The notes below the pieces were generated by a model. It made no database searches. It saw only the letters and a list, made by a program, of their open reading frames with translations, and was not told the DNA's origin. The position numbers were made by a program, and so were the translations under genes. From Gammaproteobacteria bacterium (GTDB lineage Bacteria; Pseudomonadota; Gammaproteobacteria; Magnimaribacterales; AG-339-G14), in contig SGZL01000002.1 in assembly GCA_004213955.1 (NCBI GenBank), positions 10,982 through 74,981 on the forward strand: DNA of 64,000 nt. Reading direction: 5' to 3'. Below are positions 20,614 through 31,431 of this stretch, piece after piece. Every line of letters begins with the position of its first letter. The first letter of the stretch is position 1.

Positions 20614-21605
20614 ATTAACTCCAATATTGCGTCTTTTTCTTCAAGTAATTCCTTTGTTGTAATTTCAAGTTTTTCCTTAGCATAAGAATTTATTTCCAAT
20701 CCTTGAATTATTTGAATTTTACCATCAGCATTAGTTTTTAGGGGAAACCCATAAATGATGCCTTCCGGCACATCATAGCTGCCATCACTAATTATGGCTG
20801 CACTAAAGCAATCTCCATTGCCCGTTGGCGATAAAGTTGCTTTTACAGTTTCTATAGCAGCATTTGCTGCAGAAGCCGCTGATGACGCACCCCTAGCGTC
20901 TATAATAGCTTTTCCTCGTTGTTGAACTGTTTCTAAAAATTCATTTTTAATCCAGTCATCATCATTGATTAAAGATGCAACACTTTTTCCATTTATATTT
21001 GCGTTTTCTAAATCTGGATACATCGTTGGGCTATGATTTCCCCAAATAATCATCTGATTAATTTCAGAAATTGATACTTTTAGTTTATTTGCTATTTGAG
21101 CTTTTGCTCTATTTGCATCTAAAGCGGTCATAGCCATCCATGTTTGATTATTATTATTTCCATGAATCATTCCAATCAGAGCATTAGTGTTAGCGGGATT
21201 GCCGACAACCAAGATTTTTGCATCATTTTTTCCATTTTCACCAATTGCTTTTCCTTGGTCAGTAAAAATCCCCCCATTAATTTTTAACAAGTCTCCGCGC
21301 TCCTCAATTTTCTTTCCATTAATTGTTATACCTCTAGGAATGCTTCCTACAAGTAATGCCCAATCAACATCCTTTGATGCTTCAAATATGTCTGAGAATG
21401 CCTCAACTTTTCCTAAAGTATTAAAACCGCAATCCTCTAATTCCATAATTGTTCCAGTAAGTTTTTCAATCACTTGTGGGATCTCAACAAGCCTTAAATT
21501 TACAAGAACATCATTTCCAAAAGTCTCACCACTAACTAGTCTTGGTAATAATGCATATCCAATTTGTCCCGCGGCACCAGTTACTAATACATTTATTTCT
21601 TTCAT
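20610..21605 (-). CDS. mdh: Malate dehydrogenase (NAD-dependent, long cytosolic/Thermus-type)
   Basis: 331 aa. VTGAAGQIGYAL Rossmann motif, VVGNPANTNA, IWGNHS active-site region. Confidence 0.92.
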   Translation of the reverse strand: MKEINVLVTGAAGQIGYALLPRLVSGETFGNDVLVNLRLVEIPQVIEKLTGTIMELEDCGFNTLGKVEAFSDIFEASKDVDWALLVGSIPRGITINGKKIEERGDLLKINGGIFTDQGKAIGENGKNDAKILVVGNPANTNALIGMIHGNNNNQTWMAMTALDANRAKAQIANKLKVSISEINQMIIWGNHSPTMYPDLENANINGKSVASLINDDDWIKNEFLETVQQRGKAIIDARGASSAASAANAAIETVKATLSPTGNGDCFSAAIISDGSYDVPEGIIYGFPLKTNADGKIQIIQGLEINSYAKEKLEITTKELLEEKDAILELI

Positions 21606-23147
21606 TTAAAATAATGGTTTAAAAATATTTCTTTCCGAAGCATGTTTCACTTCTCCTTTAATTCCTAACAATTCATTTTCCGTCAATTTTTTTAAAAAAC
21701 TTTGTTCACCCAAAATGTTAGCTATGAATTTAGATTTGTCCTCTAATTCACCAATCACGATACCATATTCTAAGTTTTTTCTCCCTTGAACAATTGTGTA
21801 AGAAATAACTTTACCAAGTCCGTTTGGTTTAGTATTAAAATTTTTAATTTCCCTTGAATTTATTTCACTCTGTAATTTAATAAAATCTTTTTCCCAATCA
21901 ATTTCTTGAGGAGGCTTACAAGAAAAAATATTTATCGCATGTTTTGTCAAAAACCAACTATTCGCAGTAACCATTCCATATTCATTAGGATTTGACCTTA
22001 ATTTTTTTACCATTTCTGATGAAGAAAACATAGTGTAAGCGTTTCCTGGCCCACCAAAATAAGGCAAGCCTCCAGTAACAGTTAATGGCCGATCATCATT
22101 TGAATCCAAAGAAAGCTCTTTCTGTGCAATTTGAACAGCAGAGGGAAAACAAGAGTAAATATCGAGAAAGGAAATCTCGGATAAAGATATTCCAGCTTGA
22201 GATAATACTTCTTTCCCACATTCTCTTATCGCAGGCGATTCATTCAAACTAGGGCGCTTTGAAACATTCCAAATATCGTTTAATACACAAGAGCCATGAA
22301 TATAAACTTTTTTATTTTGAGGAATCTTAAGTTCTTTTGTGAGTTTTTCAGACATCACAACTAAAGATGAAGCCATGTTAACCCTTATCATCGAATTTAA
22401 GTATTTTGTGTAAGGAAAACCTACCAATCTATTCGAGTCAGAAATTTCTTCAATTTCTTCCGGTGTTCTAAATTTTGGAAACCATGCTTTAGGGTTTAAA
22501 GATGCTACCTTTGAGAATTTACTAAATAATTCTGAACATTCCTTTAAATGTTCTTCACTTGATTGGGATTTACTTGATCTAATAGCGTTTGCAAAAATAG
22601 GATAAACATTCGAGGGAAGGTCCATATAGTGTTTCTTTTCTTCTTCAGAAAAGCCTTCATCATTTATTCCAATTATTTCAGGTTTACCTCCAGCCGAATC
22701 TTCCCAATTTAACTTTTCACCAGACTTCAATTTTGAAATCATAGTTTGAAGTACTTCGCCACCAGAAATTAGTGCACAATGAATTTCATTAGCATGGATT
22801 TTTTTTGATATTTCTTGAAGAAGAACTTGTGGAGCATTTCCTCCCATCCCTGAGTAAAGTTCAGAGATATCTTTTTTGACTCCAATTTTATTCGCTAATG
22901 ATCTGGGAAAATTACTATATCCAAATCTGGATTGATTAGTTGCTGTTGAAAAATCTACTGAGAATCTTACTACTCCAATAGCATCAAGATAATCTATGAC
23001 GTTTTTTATACCCGAATCCTGAAAAGCAAGTTCGCTTGCTTGTCCCAGTAAAGTTAGTGGGTCAGGCCCATTAACTTTTCTCTTATCAATAATATCCCCA
23101 ACACCCACGATTACTGGAGTATTGTCTGGTAAGTTGAAATTAGTCAT
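21606..23147 (-). CDS. Thiolase-fold protein (acetyl-CoA acetyltransferase-like, long form)
   Basis: 513 aa. General resemblance to thiolase-like proteins of about 500 aa (GVGD..., GGNAPQ, SGGEV, GGLPYFGGPGN). Catalytic residues were not verified by eye. Confidence 0.55.
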   Translation of the reverse strand: MTNFNLPDNTPVIVGVGDIIDKRKVNGPDPLTLLGQASELAFQDSGIKNVIDYLDAIGVVRFSVDFSTATNQSRFGYSNFPRSLANKIGVKKDISELYSGMGGNAPQVLLQEISKKIHANEIHCALISGGEVLQTMISKLKSGEKLNWEDSAGGKPEIIGINDEGFSEEEKKHYMDLPSNVYPIFANAIRSSKSQSSEEHLKECSELFSKFSKVASLNPKAWFPKFRTPEEIEEISDSNRLVGFPYTKYLNSMIRVNMASSLVVMSEKLTKELKIPQNKKVYIHGSCVLNDIWNVSKRPSLNESPAIRECGKEVLSQAGISLSEISFLDIYSCFPSAVQIAQKELSLDSNDDRPLTVTGGLPYFGGPGNAYTMFSSSEMVKKLRSNPNEYGMVTANSWFLTKHAINIFSCKPPQEIDWEKDFIKLQSEINSREIKNFNTKPNGLGKVISYTIVQGRKNLEYGIVIGELEDKSKFIANILGEQSFLKKLTENELLGIKGEVKHASERNIFKPLF

Positions 23148-23234
23148 TATTGATTTATTAAATTAAAAAATAGAAGTAATATTACTCTTTTATTTTCAAT
23201 TTAATAAAAAGATTATTTTAATTAGGAGAATACA

Positions 23235-24140
23235 ATGTCAATAAGATTTGATGGAAAAGTCGCAATAGTGACTGGTGCAGGAGGAGGCCTAGGAAGGTGT
23301 CATGCACTTGATTTAGCTTCAAGGGGAGCAAAAGTAGTTGTTAATGATTTAGGTGGAGCTGTAGACGGCACTGGTGGCTCTGTTTCGGCTGCAGAAAAAG
23401 TAGTCGAAGAAATTAAATCTGCTGGTGGCGAGGCTATAGCTAATGGAGCTAGTGTTACCGATTTAAAACAAGTAGAAGAAATGGTTAAGCAAACCATGGA
23501 TACTTGGGGCAGAGTAGATATTTTGGTTAATAATGCAGGAATCTTAAGAGATAAAAGTTTTTCAAAAGTAACTGATGAAGATTTTAGACTTGTACTAGAA
23601 GTCCATTTAATGGGAACTGTAAATTGCACTAAAGCTGTTTGGGAAATAATGAAAGAACAAAATTATGGTCGAATTTTAGTAACTTCGTCTTCTAGCGGAG
23701 TTTACGGAAACTTTGGTCAGACTAATTATGGAGCTGCAAAAATGGGAGTTTTAGGTTTGATAAACACTCTTAAACTTGAAGGTGCAAAATATAACATTAA
23801 ATGTAATGGACTAACTCCTGTTGCGGGTACAAGAATGACTGAAGACTTGATGCCACCAGAGGTTATTGAAAAATTACAACCTGAGTGCGTAAGTCCTGCA
23901 GTTACTTTTATGGTTTCGGAAGACGCGCCTACTGGAGTTGTCATGGCTGCTGGAGCTGGAGTATTTGCAAGAATAATAACTTACGAAACTATGGGCATGT
24001 ATTTTGGTACAGGAGAGGAGATGAATGCTGATAGTATCGCTGCCAATTGGGAAAAAATTTCAGACATGACTGATGCAAGACCATGCACAGAAGGCAATAG
24101 TCAGTCGATGAAAATGTTTGAACTAATAAGCAAATCTTAA
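23235..24140 (+). CDS. SDR-family dehydrogenase, MFE-2/hydroxyacyl-CoA dehydrogenase-like
   Basis: 301 aa. VTGAGGGLGR, VVVNDLGG, NNAGILRD and YGAAK catalytic Tyr-x3-Lys resemble the N-terminal dehydrogenase domain of multifunctional enzyme type 2. SD AGGAG upstream. Confidence 0.8.
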   Translation: MSIRFDGKVAIVTGAGGGLGRCHALDLASRGAKVVVNDLGGAVDGTGGSVSAAEKVVEEIKSAGGEAIANGASVTDLKQVEEMVKQTMDTWGRVDILVNNAGILRDKSFSKVTDEDFRLVLEVHLMGTVNCTKAVWEIMKEQNYGRILVTSSSSGVYGNFGQTNYGAAKMGVLGLINTLKLEGAKYNIKCNGLTPVAGTRMTEDLMPPEVIEKLQPECVSPAVTFMVSEDAPTGVVMAAGAGVFARIITYETMGMYFGTGEEMNADSIAANWEKISDMTDARPCTEGNSQSMKMFELISKS

Positions 24141-25063
24141 GGCATTCCAGCTCTAGGATAATTTACTTCTATTGAGAAGATTTCTCCTTCAGCTTTTTTT
24201 CTACAGATTTCAGGGGCAGAGCTGTTTGCAGTCAAAATGAATAAAGTTTTGCCATCACTGCCTCCAAGCATGCAAGCATAAGCATTTTTGGGTGTTTCAA
24301 TAATATCTGTAATATTTCCACCTTCTTCAAATCTGACTACTGCAGAAGAAGTAGGCGAAGCAATCCAAATTCCATTTTGATCATCTAAACAAATTCCATC
24401 GGGTACATGAAAATTTTTTGCTGTCGAACCTGATTCAGAGATTTTAATTCCAATATTTCTTAAAAATTTTATTAAAGATATCCCAAGTTGTGATGAAGTT
24501 TTGGCCCATATTTTTCTATTGGAAAGCATTCCTTCAGAGTCTATATCGAAGCAAGTAAGTCTAGCTCCTAGGGTCTCCCCAACAATTAATTTTTTGCCAT
24601 CAGACGTAATAACGGTTCCATTTGGAAAATCCAGCATTTCTGGTCCTTTCTTAAAAGAGCCATCGGGGAAAACCACCATAAGATGAGTGCTTCTAACTTT
24701 GTCTCTAGAATCGTCCATTCCGAAATTTCCTACGTAAGCAATCCCTTCTTTAGAAACCACCATATCATTGCATTGAAATGCTACTTCCTCTGATAGATCA
24801 GCATGTACAGATAAATTTCCATTTGAAAGCTTAAGAATCTTTCTATCCAACATCGAGACAATCAATAGATCTCCATTTGGCAGCCAACCTAGACCAGAGG
24901 GTTGATTCTTTACTTCACAGATAGTCTCAAGATTATTATTTTCATCTAATGTGTGTACCTTGTCTCCTTGCATATCTGAGAACCATAATTTATTTTCTTT
25001 CCACCTAGGTCCTTCCCCAAAATAAATACCTGTACATCTACTTATTAAGTCTTTCTTATTCAT
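24137..25063 (-). CDS. SMP-30/gluconolactonase/LRE-like beta-propeller protein
   Basis: 308 aa. Repeated propeller-like blocks (EGPRW, PNG..., PDGICLD). Family-level call only. Confidence 0.55.
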   Translation of the reverse strand: MNKKDLISRCTGIYFGEGPRWKENKLWFSDMQGDKVHTLDENNNLETICEVKNQPSGLGWLPNGDLLIVSMLDRKILKLSNGNLSVHADLSEEVAFQCNDMVVSKEGIAYVGNFGMDDSRDKVRSTHLMVVFPDGSFKKGPEMLDFPNGTVITSDGKKLIVGETLGARLTCFDIDSEGMLSNRKIWAKTSSQLGISLIKFLRNIGIKISESGSTAKNFHVPDGICLDDQNGIWIASPTSSAVVRFEEGGNITDIIETPKNAYACMLGGSDGKTLFILTANSSAPEICRKKAEGEIFSIEVNYPRAGMP

Positions 25064-25817
25064 CTATCTTCTCCAATATTTTTGCTAATTTTTTTGGATA
25101 ATCCGTAATGATTCCATCAACTTTAGCTTCAATCAATTTATTCATGAATCTTTTATCGTTTACTGTCCAAGTGAGAACAAACAATCTTTCATTTTTCAAT
25201 TTTTCTACTAACTTAATAGATTCTTTAGAGTCGATATGTAGACTTATCCCATCGGAGTTAGAAGTTGCTATTTCTTGCTTAATTCTATTTGCATCATAAT
25301 TGAACAAAGATGGAATTAAATTTAGGGTAGCTTTTTGGTTGGGAAAATTATTTTTAATGTTTTTAACAACGGATGGTAGGTAGCACAAAAAATGTATCTG
25401 TGTCTTTTTTAGATTTGAATTTAAAATTAGACGAGATAATTCATCTAAATTCTTAATAACTACTTTCACCTCGATAAATACCTTTTTTCCTTTAGGTATT
25501 TCACTCAGCACTTCTTCCAATTTAGGGACTCTTTCATTTTTAAATTTCTTTCCCTTCCAGGATCCTATATCTATTTCTGAGAGTGCTTTATAACTTGATT
25601 CGGATATATTTTTTTCTGAACCTGATACTCTATTAAAGTTGTTGTCGTGTGCACAAACTAAGACCCCATCTTTTGTCTTTCTTAAGTCAATTTCAATTGC
25701 GTCTGCATGGTGATTCCATGCAGTTTCGTAAGCGATAAATGTATTTTCGGGTGCCTTCGAAGAGGCACCTCTATGAGCTATTATTAATGGGTTTTTAGTC
25801 CCAGTTGAGGGCTCCAC
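25056..25817 (-). CDS. Glycerophosphodiester phosphodiesterase (GDPD family)
   Basis: 253 aa. [15 protein letters not shown] and EIDL..TKDG..V..HD motifs of GDPD. Overlaps the nrdB 3' end by 23 nt. Confidence 0.8.
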   Translation of the reverse strand: MEPSTGTKNPLIIAHRGASSKAPENTFIAYETAWNHHADAIEIDLRKTKDGVLVCAHDNNFNRVSGSEKNISESSYKALSEIDIGSWKGKKFKNERVPKLEEVLSEIPKGKKVFIEVKVVIKNLDELSRLILNSNLKKTQIHFLCYLPSVVKNIKNNFPNQKATLNLIPSLFNYDANRIKQEIATSNSDGISLHIDSKESIKLVEKLKNERLFVLTWTVNDKRFMNKLIEAKVDGIITDYPKKLAKILEKIDE

Positions 25818-27009
25818 CAGTTTGGTACTCTATGACTCTCGTTTCGAAGAAATTCTTTTCCTTTCTTAAATCCATAATTTCAGACATCCAAGGGAATGGA
25901 TTGGAAGCATTCGGAAATGCTTCATTTAACCCAATTTGAGTAAGTCTTCGATTTGCTATGAAGTGTAAGTACTCAGCCATCATTTCCGAGTTCATGCCTA
26001 ATATTCCTTTAGGCATTGTGTCTTGAGCGTATTCTATTTCTAATTGGGTTCCCTGAAGAATCATAGTTTCTGCTTGTTTTTGCATCTCTTCATCCCATAA
26101 ATTCGGATTTTCGAGCTTTATTTGATTGATCATATCAATTCCAAAATTTACATGCATAGACTCGTCTCTAAGAATATATTGGAATTGCTCAGCAGTACCT
26201 GTCATCTTGTTTCTGTTACCCATAGAAAGAATTTGAGTAAACCCACAGTAAAAGAAAATACCTTCCAATACACAATAAAAAGCTATGAGATTTCTTAATA
26301 AAATTTTATCGTTTTCCTCAGTTCCCGTTTCAAATGTCTGATCGGATAGAGATTTTGTAAAAGGGAGGGCCCAGGCAGCTTTTTTTGCTACAGAAGGAAT
26401 TTCTTTGTACATATTGAAAATTTCTCCTTCATCCATGCCCAAGGATTCAATCACGTATTGGTAAGCATGAGTATGAATTGCTTCCTCTAAAGCTTGACGA
26501 AGTAAGTATTGGCGACACTCAGGATTTGTTATGTGTTTGTAAACAGAAAGAACAATATTATTTGCAACTAATGAATCTGCAGTAGAGAAAAACCCTAAGT
26601 TTCTCATTACAATTCTTCTTTCATCTTCAGTTAGACCATTTTTATCTTTCCAGAGAGCAACGTCTGCAGTCATATTTATTTCCTGTGGCATCCAGTGATT
26701 AGCACTGCCATCAAGATATTTTTGCCAGGCCCAGTCGTACTTGAAGGGCACTAATTGATTTACATCTGCTCTGGAATTAATCATTTTCTTTTCGCTTACG
26801 TCTACCCTTGCTGAAGCCCCTTCAAGATCTGCTAGGCCTGCTTCTATGTCAAGGGATTCAAGTCCTTGAACTTCAACAGGCGCTTTGGGTTCCGTTCTTC
26901 TTTCTTCAGATTTAACTGGAGCAGGATTTTCCTCTTTTTCAAGAACCTGAGTGGTAACAGATGGCTCTGCTATTTTTTGTTTTTCGTCGAAATCATCCCA
27001 AGATAACAT
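25795..27009 (-). CDS. nrdB: Ribonucleotide reductase class Ia beta subunit (long N-terminal form)
   Basis: Di-iron/tyrosyl radical blocks ([20 protein letters not shown]). I place the start at ATG 27009 (MLSWDDF), preceded by AAGAGG. The tracked start at 27051 would overlap nrdA by 29 nt. Confidence 0.92.
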   Translation of the reverse strand: MLSWDDFDEKQKIAEPSVTTQVLEKEENPAPVKSEERRTEPKAPVEVQGLESLDIEAGLADLEGASARVDVSEKKMINSRADVNQLVPFKYDWAWQKYLDGSANHWMPQEINMTADVALWKDKNGLTEDERRIVMRNLGFFSTADSLVANNIVLSVYKHITNPECRQYLLRQALEEAIHTHAYQYVIESLGMDEGEIFNMYKEIPSVAKKAAWALPFTKSLSDQTFETGTEENDKILLRNLIAFYCVLEGIFFYCGFTQILSMGNRNKMTGTAEQFQYILRDESMHVNFGIDMINQIKLENPNLWDEEMQKQAETMILQGTQLEIEYAQDTMPKGILGMNSEMMAEYLHFIANRRLTQIGLNEAFPNASNPFPWMSEIMDLRKEKNFFETRVIEYQTGGALNWD

Positions 27010-27022
27010 ATTAATACCTCTT

Positions 27023-29830
27023 TTATTGACAAGCCTCGCAGTCTGGATCAAGAATCGAACAAGCTTCAGGAGCTTCCGACCCTTGATTTGCAGCTACAGC
27101 GTTAAGCTCTAGATTAGTTATTGTTGATTTTTCAGAAGTTGTCGCACTTCTTGAGCGTAAATAGTAAGTTGTCTTCAACCCTCTAAGCCAAGCCATTTTA
27201 TACATGACATCTAATTTTTTTCCATTTGGCTCAGATACATAAAGATTTAATGATTGACTTTGGTCTATCCATTTTTGTCTTCTTGACGCTGCTTCAATTA
27301 GCCATTTAGGCTCAACCTCAAAAGACGTAGCAAAAAGGTTTTTTAATTCTTCTGGGACTCTATTGATTCCTTCTAAACTACCGTTTAGATTTTTTAGATC
27401 GTAAACCATGACTTCATCCCACATATCTATTTCCTTCAAAGCATCTACTAAATGCATATTTATTATTGTAAATTCTCCTGACAAATTAGATTTCACAAAT
27501 AAATTTGAATAAGTTGGTTCTATTGATTGAGTGAGGCCAGTTATATTTGCGATAGTTGCTGTTGGAGCTATTGCCATTACATTTGAGTTTCTCATGCCTT
27601 GTTTTTTAACAGCTTTCCTTAAACTATCCCAATCGAGTCTCGAGGTCGTATCAACCTCAATATATTCCTCACCTCTTTCCTTTTTAAGTAATTCTATTGA
27701 GTCTAAAGGCAAAATACCTTTACTCCACAGTGAGCCTTTATAGGATGAATATGCGCCTCTTTCTGCAGCTAAATCAGACGAAGACTTGATTGCATAATAA
27801 CTGACCATTTCCATAGATTCGTCTGCAAAAGTTATTGCATCTTCAGAAGCGTATGGAACTTTTTTCATATAAAGGGCATCTTGAAAGCCCATTATTCCTA
27901 ATCCAATCGGTCTGTGTTTAAAATTTGAATTTTCCGCTTGAGGTACTGCGTAATAGTTAATGTCAATTACATTATCAAGCATCCTAATTGCAGTTGTGAT
28001 TGTGTTTTCAACTTTTTTCTCATTCAAATTTCCACTTTTGTCTAAATGGTTTGGCAGATTTATCGAACCTAGATTGCAAACTGCAATTTCATCTTGTGAG
28101 GTATTTAACGTTATTTCCGTACAGAGATTAGAAGAGTGGATTACTCCAACATGCTGTTGAGGGGATCTCAGGTTGCACGCATCTTTAAAAGTGATCCATG
28201 GGTGTCCTGTTTCAAATAGCATGGAGATAATCTTTCTCCAAAGTTCTTCTGCCTCAACTTCTTTGAAAACTTGAATTTTTCCTTCTTTTGCTCCTTTTTC
28301 GTATTCTTCATATCTAGCTTTGAAAGCTGTTCCTGTTAAGTCATGCAGATCAGGAGTTTCGTTGGGAGTAAATAAAGTCCATTTCTCACCATTCATTACT
28401 CTTTGCATAAAAAGGTCAGGAATCCAATTCGCTGTATTCATGTCATGTGTTCTTCTTCGATCGTCTCCTGTGTTTTTTCTTAACTCAACGAATTCTTCTA
28501 TATCCAAATGCCATGTTTCTAAATAAGAACATACAGCTCCTTTTCTTTTTCCTCCCTGGTTCACTGCGACCGCGGTGTCATTTACTACTTTAAGGAAGGG
28601 AACTACTCCTTGAGATTTACCGTTTGTTCCTTTTATATGAGCGCCCATTCCTCTCACTGGAGTCCAATCGTTACCTAATCCTCCAGCCCATTTAGATAAC
28701 ATTGCATTATCACCAAGGGCATCATAAATTCCTTTAAGGTCATCTGGCACCGTAGTCAAATAGCAAGAAGATAATTGAGAATGAATTGTCCCAGAGTTAA
28801 AAAGGGTAGGTGTAGAACTCATGTAATCAAATGATGACAGCAGGTTGTAAAATTCAATCGCTCTATCTTCTCTTTTTTCCTCTCCTATGGCTAAGCCCAT
28901 TGCTACCCTCATAAAAAATATTTGAGGAAGTTCGAATCTTGTCTCGTCTTTGTGGATGAAATATCTATCGTATAAAGTTTGAAGACCAAGATAAGAAAAC
29001 ATTAGATCTCTCTCTGGTTTTAAGTTTTTTCCTAGTTTTTTTAGATCCATTTTCCCAAGTTCAGGATTTATCAATTCTAGAGCTATAGCTTTATTTATGT
29101 AGGCATCTAAAGTTTTTGGATATAACTTTTCCATTTCTTCATGCGTTGCATTTGGTGCTATTTCTAAAAAGGACAGAGCTTCCGTTCTCAAGCCATCTAA
29201 TAAAATTCTAGATGTAGCATATGTATAGTTAGGTTCTGCTTCTACAAGAGATCTTGACGAGAGGATTAGCGCCTCTTTTATTTCTTCTTCGGACGCGCCC
29301 TCGTATAGATTTTTATTTGCTTCGTTTATTATTGTCTCAGGATCAGTTCCGCTTAGCCCAGCACAAGCTTCTTTTGCTATGGCGTCAGTTCTTTCAGAAG
29401 GACTTAGATTTGAGGTATGTTGAACCGTACTTGATTCTTCCTGTCTTATTTTAGTTCTTTCAGCTCTATAAAGTACATAAGCCCTTGCTACTTTTAGTTC
29501 CTCTGATCTCATGAGAGCTAACTCGACCTGATCTTGGATTTCCTCAATGTGTATCGTTCCTCCAGAAGGCATTCTCGACGAAAAAGTATCGTGAACATTA
29601 CCTGATAGGCTATTTACTTTTTGTTGAACACTTGATGAAGCAGCAGCAGCACTGGTATGAATTGCCAAAAATGCCTTGGTAATGGCAACTTCTATTTTAG
29701 ATTTATCAAAATTGACAACTGAACCATTTCTTTTAATGACCCTTAAGATGCCTGGTTCTATTGCCGATGAAGGCTGTTCTTTATCTACATTTATTGGGTT
29801 TTGGTCTGTTTTTGTCTCTGTAACATCCAT
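27023..29830 (-). CDS. nrdA: Ribonucleotide reductase class Ia alpha subunit with N-terminal ATP-cone
   Basis: 935 aa. VIKRNG..V.FD..KI ATP-cone, NLCTEI active-site Cys/Glu block, C-terminal CEAC redox pair. Confidence 0.96.
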   Translation of the reverse strand: MDVTETKTDQNPINVDKEQPSSAIEPGILRVIKRNGSVVNFDKSKIEVAITKAFLAIHTSAAAASSSVQQKVNSLSGNVHDTFSSRMPSGGTIHIEEIQDQVELALMRSEELKVARAYVLYRAERTKIRQEESSTVQHTSNLSPSERTDAIAKEACAGLSGTDPETIINEANKNLYEGASEEEIKEALILSSRSLVEAEPNYTYATSRILLDGLRTEALSFLEIAPNATHEEMEKLYPKTLDAYINKAIALELINPELGKMDLKKLGKNLKPERDLMFSYLGLQTLYDRYFIHKDETRFELPQIFFMRVAMGLAIGEEKREDRAIEFYNLLSSFDYMSSTPTLFNSGTIHSQLSSCYLTTVPDDLKGIYDALGDNAMLSKWAGGLGNDWTPVRGMGAHIKGTNGKSQGVVPFLKVVNDTAVAVNQGGKRKGAVCSYLETWHLDIEEFVELRKNTGDDRRRTHDMNTANWIPDLFMQRVMNGEKWTLFTPNETPDLHDLTGTAFKARYEEYEKGAKEGKIQVFKEVEAEELWRKIISMLFETGHPWITFKDACNLRSPQQHVGVIHSSNLCTEITLNTSQDEIAVCNLGSINLPNHLDKSGNLNEKKVENTITTAIRMLDNVIDINYYAVPQAENSNFKHRPIGLGIMGFQDALYMKKVPYASEDAITFADESMEMVSYYAIKSSSDLAAERGAYSSYKGSLWSKGILPLDSIELLKKERGEEYIEVDTTSRLDWDSLRKAVKKQGMRNSNVMAIAPTATIANITGLTQSIEPTYSNLFVKSNLSGEFTIINMHLVDALKEIDMWDEVMVYDLKNLNGSLEGINRVPEELKNLFATSFEVEPKWLIEAASRRQKWIDQSQSLNLYVSEPNGKKLDVMYKMAWLRGLKTTYYLRSRSATTSEKSTITNLELNAVAANQGSEAPEACSILDPDCEACQ

Positions 29831-29858
29831 ATTTTTCTTTTTTGTTACTTAGCAAGTA

Positions 29859-29905
29859 ACTCAACATATTGTGGGGTAAAAACTTAATTACACAAGATAC
29901 GGTGT
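29859..29905 (-). promoter_or_regulatory. Pair of NrdR boxes in the nrdA promoter region
   Basis: Box 1 is 29859-29874, ACTCAACATATTGTGG (reverse complement matches the acaCwAtATaTwGtgt consensus at 13/16 by my count). Box 2 is 29890-29905, ACACAAGATACGGTGT (palindromic ACAC...GTGT ends). Offset is 31 bp, the typical tandem NrdR-box spacing. Confidence 0.6.
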
Positions 29906-29943
29906 TTTTTATAAAAAAGCAATAGAATAATTTATGAAATTTG

Positions 29944-29963
29944 GGTGGATTAAGTGTGGATAA
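29944..29963. promoter_or_regulatory. Two direct DnaA boxes upstream of the nrdA promoter / immediately upstream of glpK
   Basis: TGTGGATAA at 29955-29963 is a perfect complement of TTATCCACA. GGTGGATTA at 29944-29952 is a 7/9 match, 11 bp away. The E. coli nrdAB promoter is known to carry DnaA boxes. Confidence 0.5.
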
Positions 29964-29973
29964 CTATATATAA

Positions 29974-31431
29974 ATGCAATTAATGAAAAAGTTCTTTTTA
30001 TCAATCGATCAGGGTACAACTAGTACTAGGACCGTCCTCTATGACGCAAAGTTCAAGTATATAGATCAAGAACAGATAGAAATTAAACAGTTTTATCCAA
30101 AACCTGGATATGTTGAACATGATGCAGATGAAATATGGAATAAAACCTATAAGACATTCAACAAGTTGTTAAAAAAACATGACTTAAAGCCAAGTCAAAT
30201 AGTTTCTATAGGTATTACCAACCAGCGAGAAACAATATTAGGTTGGGATAGTAAAACAGGAAAACCTCTAGGCAAGGCAATCGTATGGCAAGATAGAAGA
30301 ACAAGCGATTTTTGTGATTCTTTAAAAAAAAGAGGCCTAGAGTCCGAAATTAATGAGAAAACAGGGCTTCTGCTAGATCCTTACTTCTCTGCTTCTAAAT
30401 TAAAGTGGTTAAAAAATAAATCAAAAGAGCAGTTTCTTAAGAAAACAACCTTGTTCGGAACAATAGATAGCTTTTTACTATGGAAACTTACTGAAGGGAG
30501 AGTTTATGCAACGGATATTACTAATGCTGCAAGAACCTCATTATTAAATTTGACTACACTTGCTTGGGATCAAGACTTAATAAGAATATTTGGTTTGCAA
30601 GGAATAAAATTGCCAGAGATAAAAAATAATGCAGATAATTTTGGGACAACAAAGTTGTTTGGCGGAGAAATAAAAATTTCGGGAATGGCAGGAGATCAGC
30701 AAGCGGCCTTATTTGGCCAAGCCTGTTTTGAAACTGGACAGGTCAAAAGCACCTATGGAACCGGTTGCTTTTTGATTCTTAATACTGGAGCGCAAATATT
30801 AAGATCTAAGAACAAGCTACTAACAACTGTTGGATACAAACTTGATAATGAAACAACTTTTGCTTTAGAAGGAAGTATTTTTGTAGCTGGTTCGCTTATT
30901 CAATGGTTAAGAGACAAGATGCAATTTATTTCTTCTGCGCCTGAATCAGAAAAATTGGCTAAGCTAGGAAACAGTGATAGTGAAGTCTCTATAATTCCTT
31001 CTTTTACTGGTTTAGGTGCGCCTTATTGGAAACCTGATTTAAAAGCAGCAATTCATGGACTTTCTCTAGAGACATCGAGGGAAGATATACTTTTAGCTTC
31101 ATTCGAAGCTATTGCCTTTCAGACAAGAGATCTCCTTGAAGCACTTAAAAATGACGGAGCTGAAATAAAATCAATCAAAATTGATGGTGGTATGGCAAAT
31201 AATAATTTTTTTGGACAAATTTTATCTGACGTCTTATCAATAAACATTTTTAAGCCCAGTAATATTGAAAGTACGTCTCTTGGAGCAGCATATTTAGCGG
31301 GAATAGGATCGGCCCACGTGAAACTATCGGAGTTAGCTGATATTTGGAAGGCGGATAAAATATTTAAATCAAAGAAATCTTATGAAACTAAATATATAAG
31401 ATATCTAGAAAGACTTAATTCTTTAACTTAA
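29974..31431 (+). CDS. glpK: Glycerol kinase
   Basis: 485 aa. IDQGTTSTR, GITNQRET, GDQQAALFGQ and IDGGMANN motifs. The start may be the ATG at 29983 (MKKFFLS). Confidence 0.93.
   Translation: MQLMKKFFLSIDQGTTSTRTVLYDAKFKYIDQEQIEIKQFYPKPGYVEHDADEIWNKTYKTFNKLLKKHDLKPSQIVSIGITNQRETILGWDSKTGKPLGKAIVWQDRRTSDFCDSLKKRGLESEINEKTGLLLDPYFSASKLKWLKNKSKEQFLKKTTLFGTIDSFLLWKLTEGRVYATDITNAARTSLLNLTTLAWDQDLIRIFGLQGIKLPEIKNNADNFGTTKLFGGEIKISGMAGDQQAALFGQACFETGQVKSTYGTGCFLILNTGAQILRSKNKLLTTVGYKLDNETTFALEGSIFVAGSLIQWLRDKMQFISSAPESEKLAKLGNSDSEVSIIPSFTGLGAPYWKPDLKAAIHGLSLETSREDILLASFEAIAFQTRDLLEALKNDGAEIKSIKIDGGMANNNFFGQILSDVLSINIFKPSNIESTSLGAAYLAGIGSAHVKLSELADIWKADKIFKSKKSYETKYIRYLERLNSLT

Noticed and set aside
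23175-23186. 12-bp perfect palindromes (AGTAATATTACT at 23175-23186; TTAAGCGCTTAA at 34584-34595; AGTGCACT near 34479) as operator calls
   Set aside because: In DNA this AT-rich, tens of 12-bp palindromes are expected by chance in 64 kb (rough estimate). They are mentioned only as context and are not called as features.
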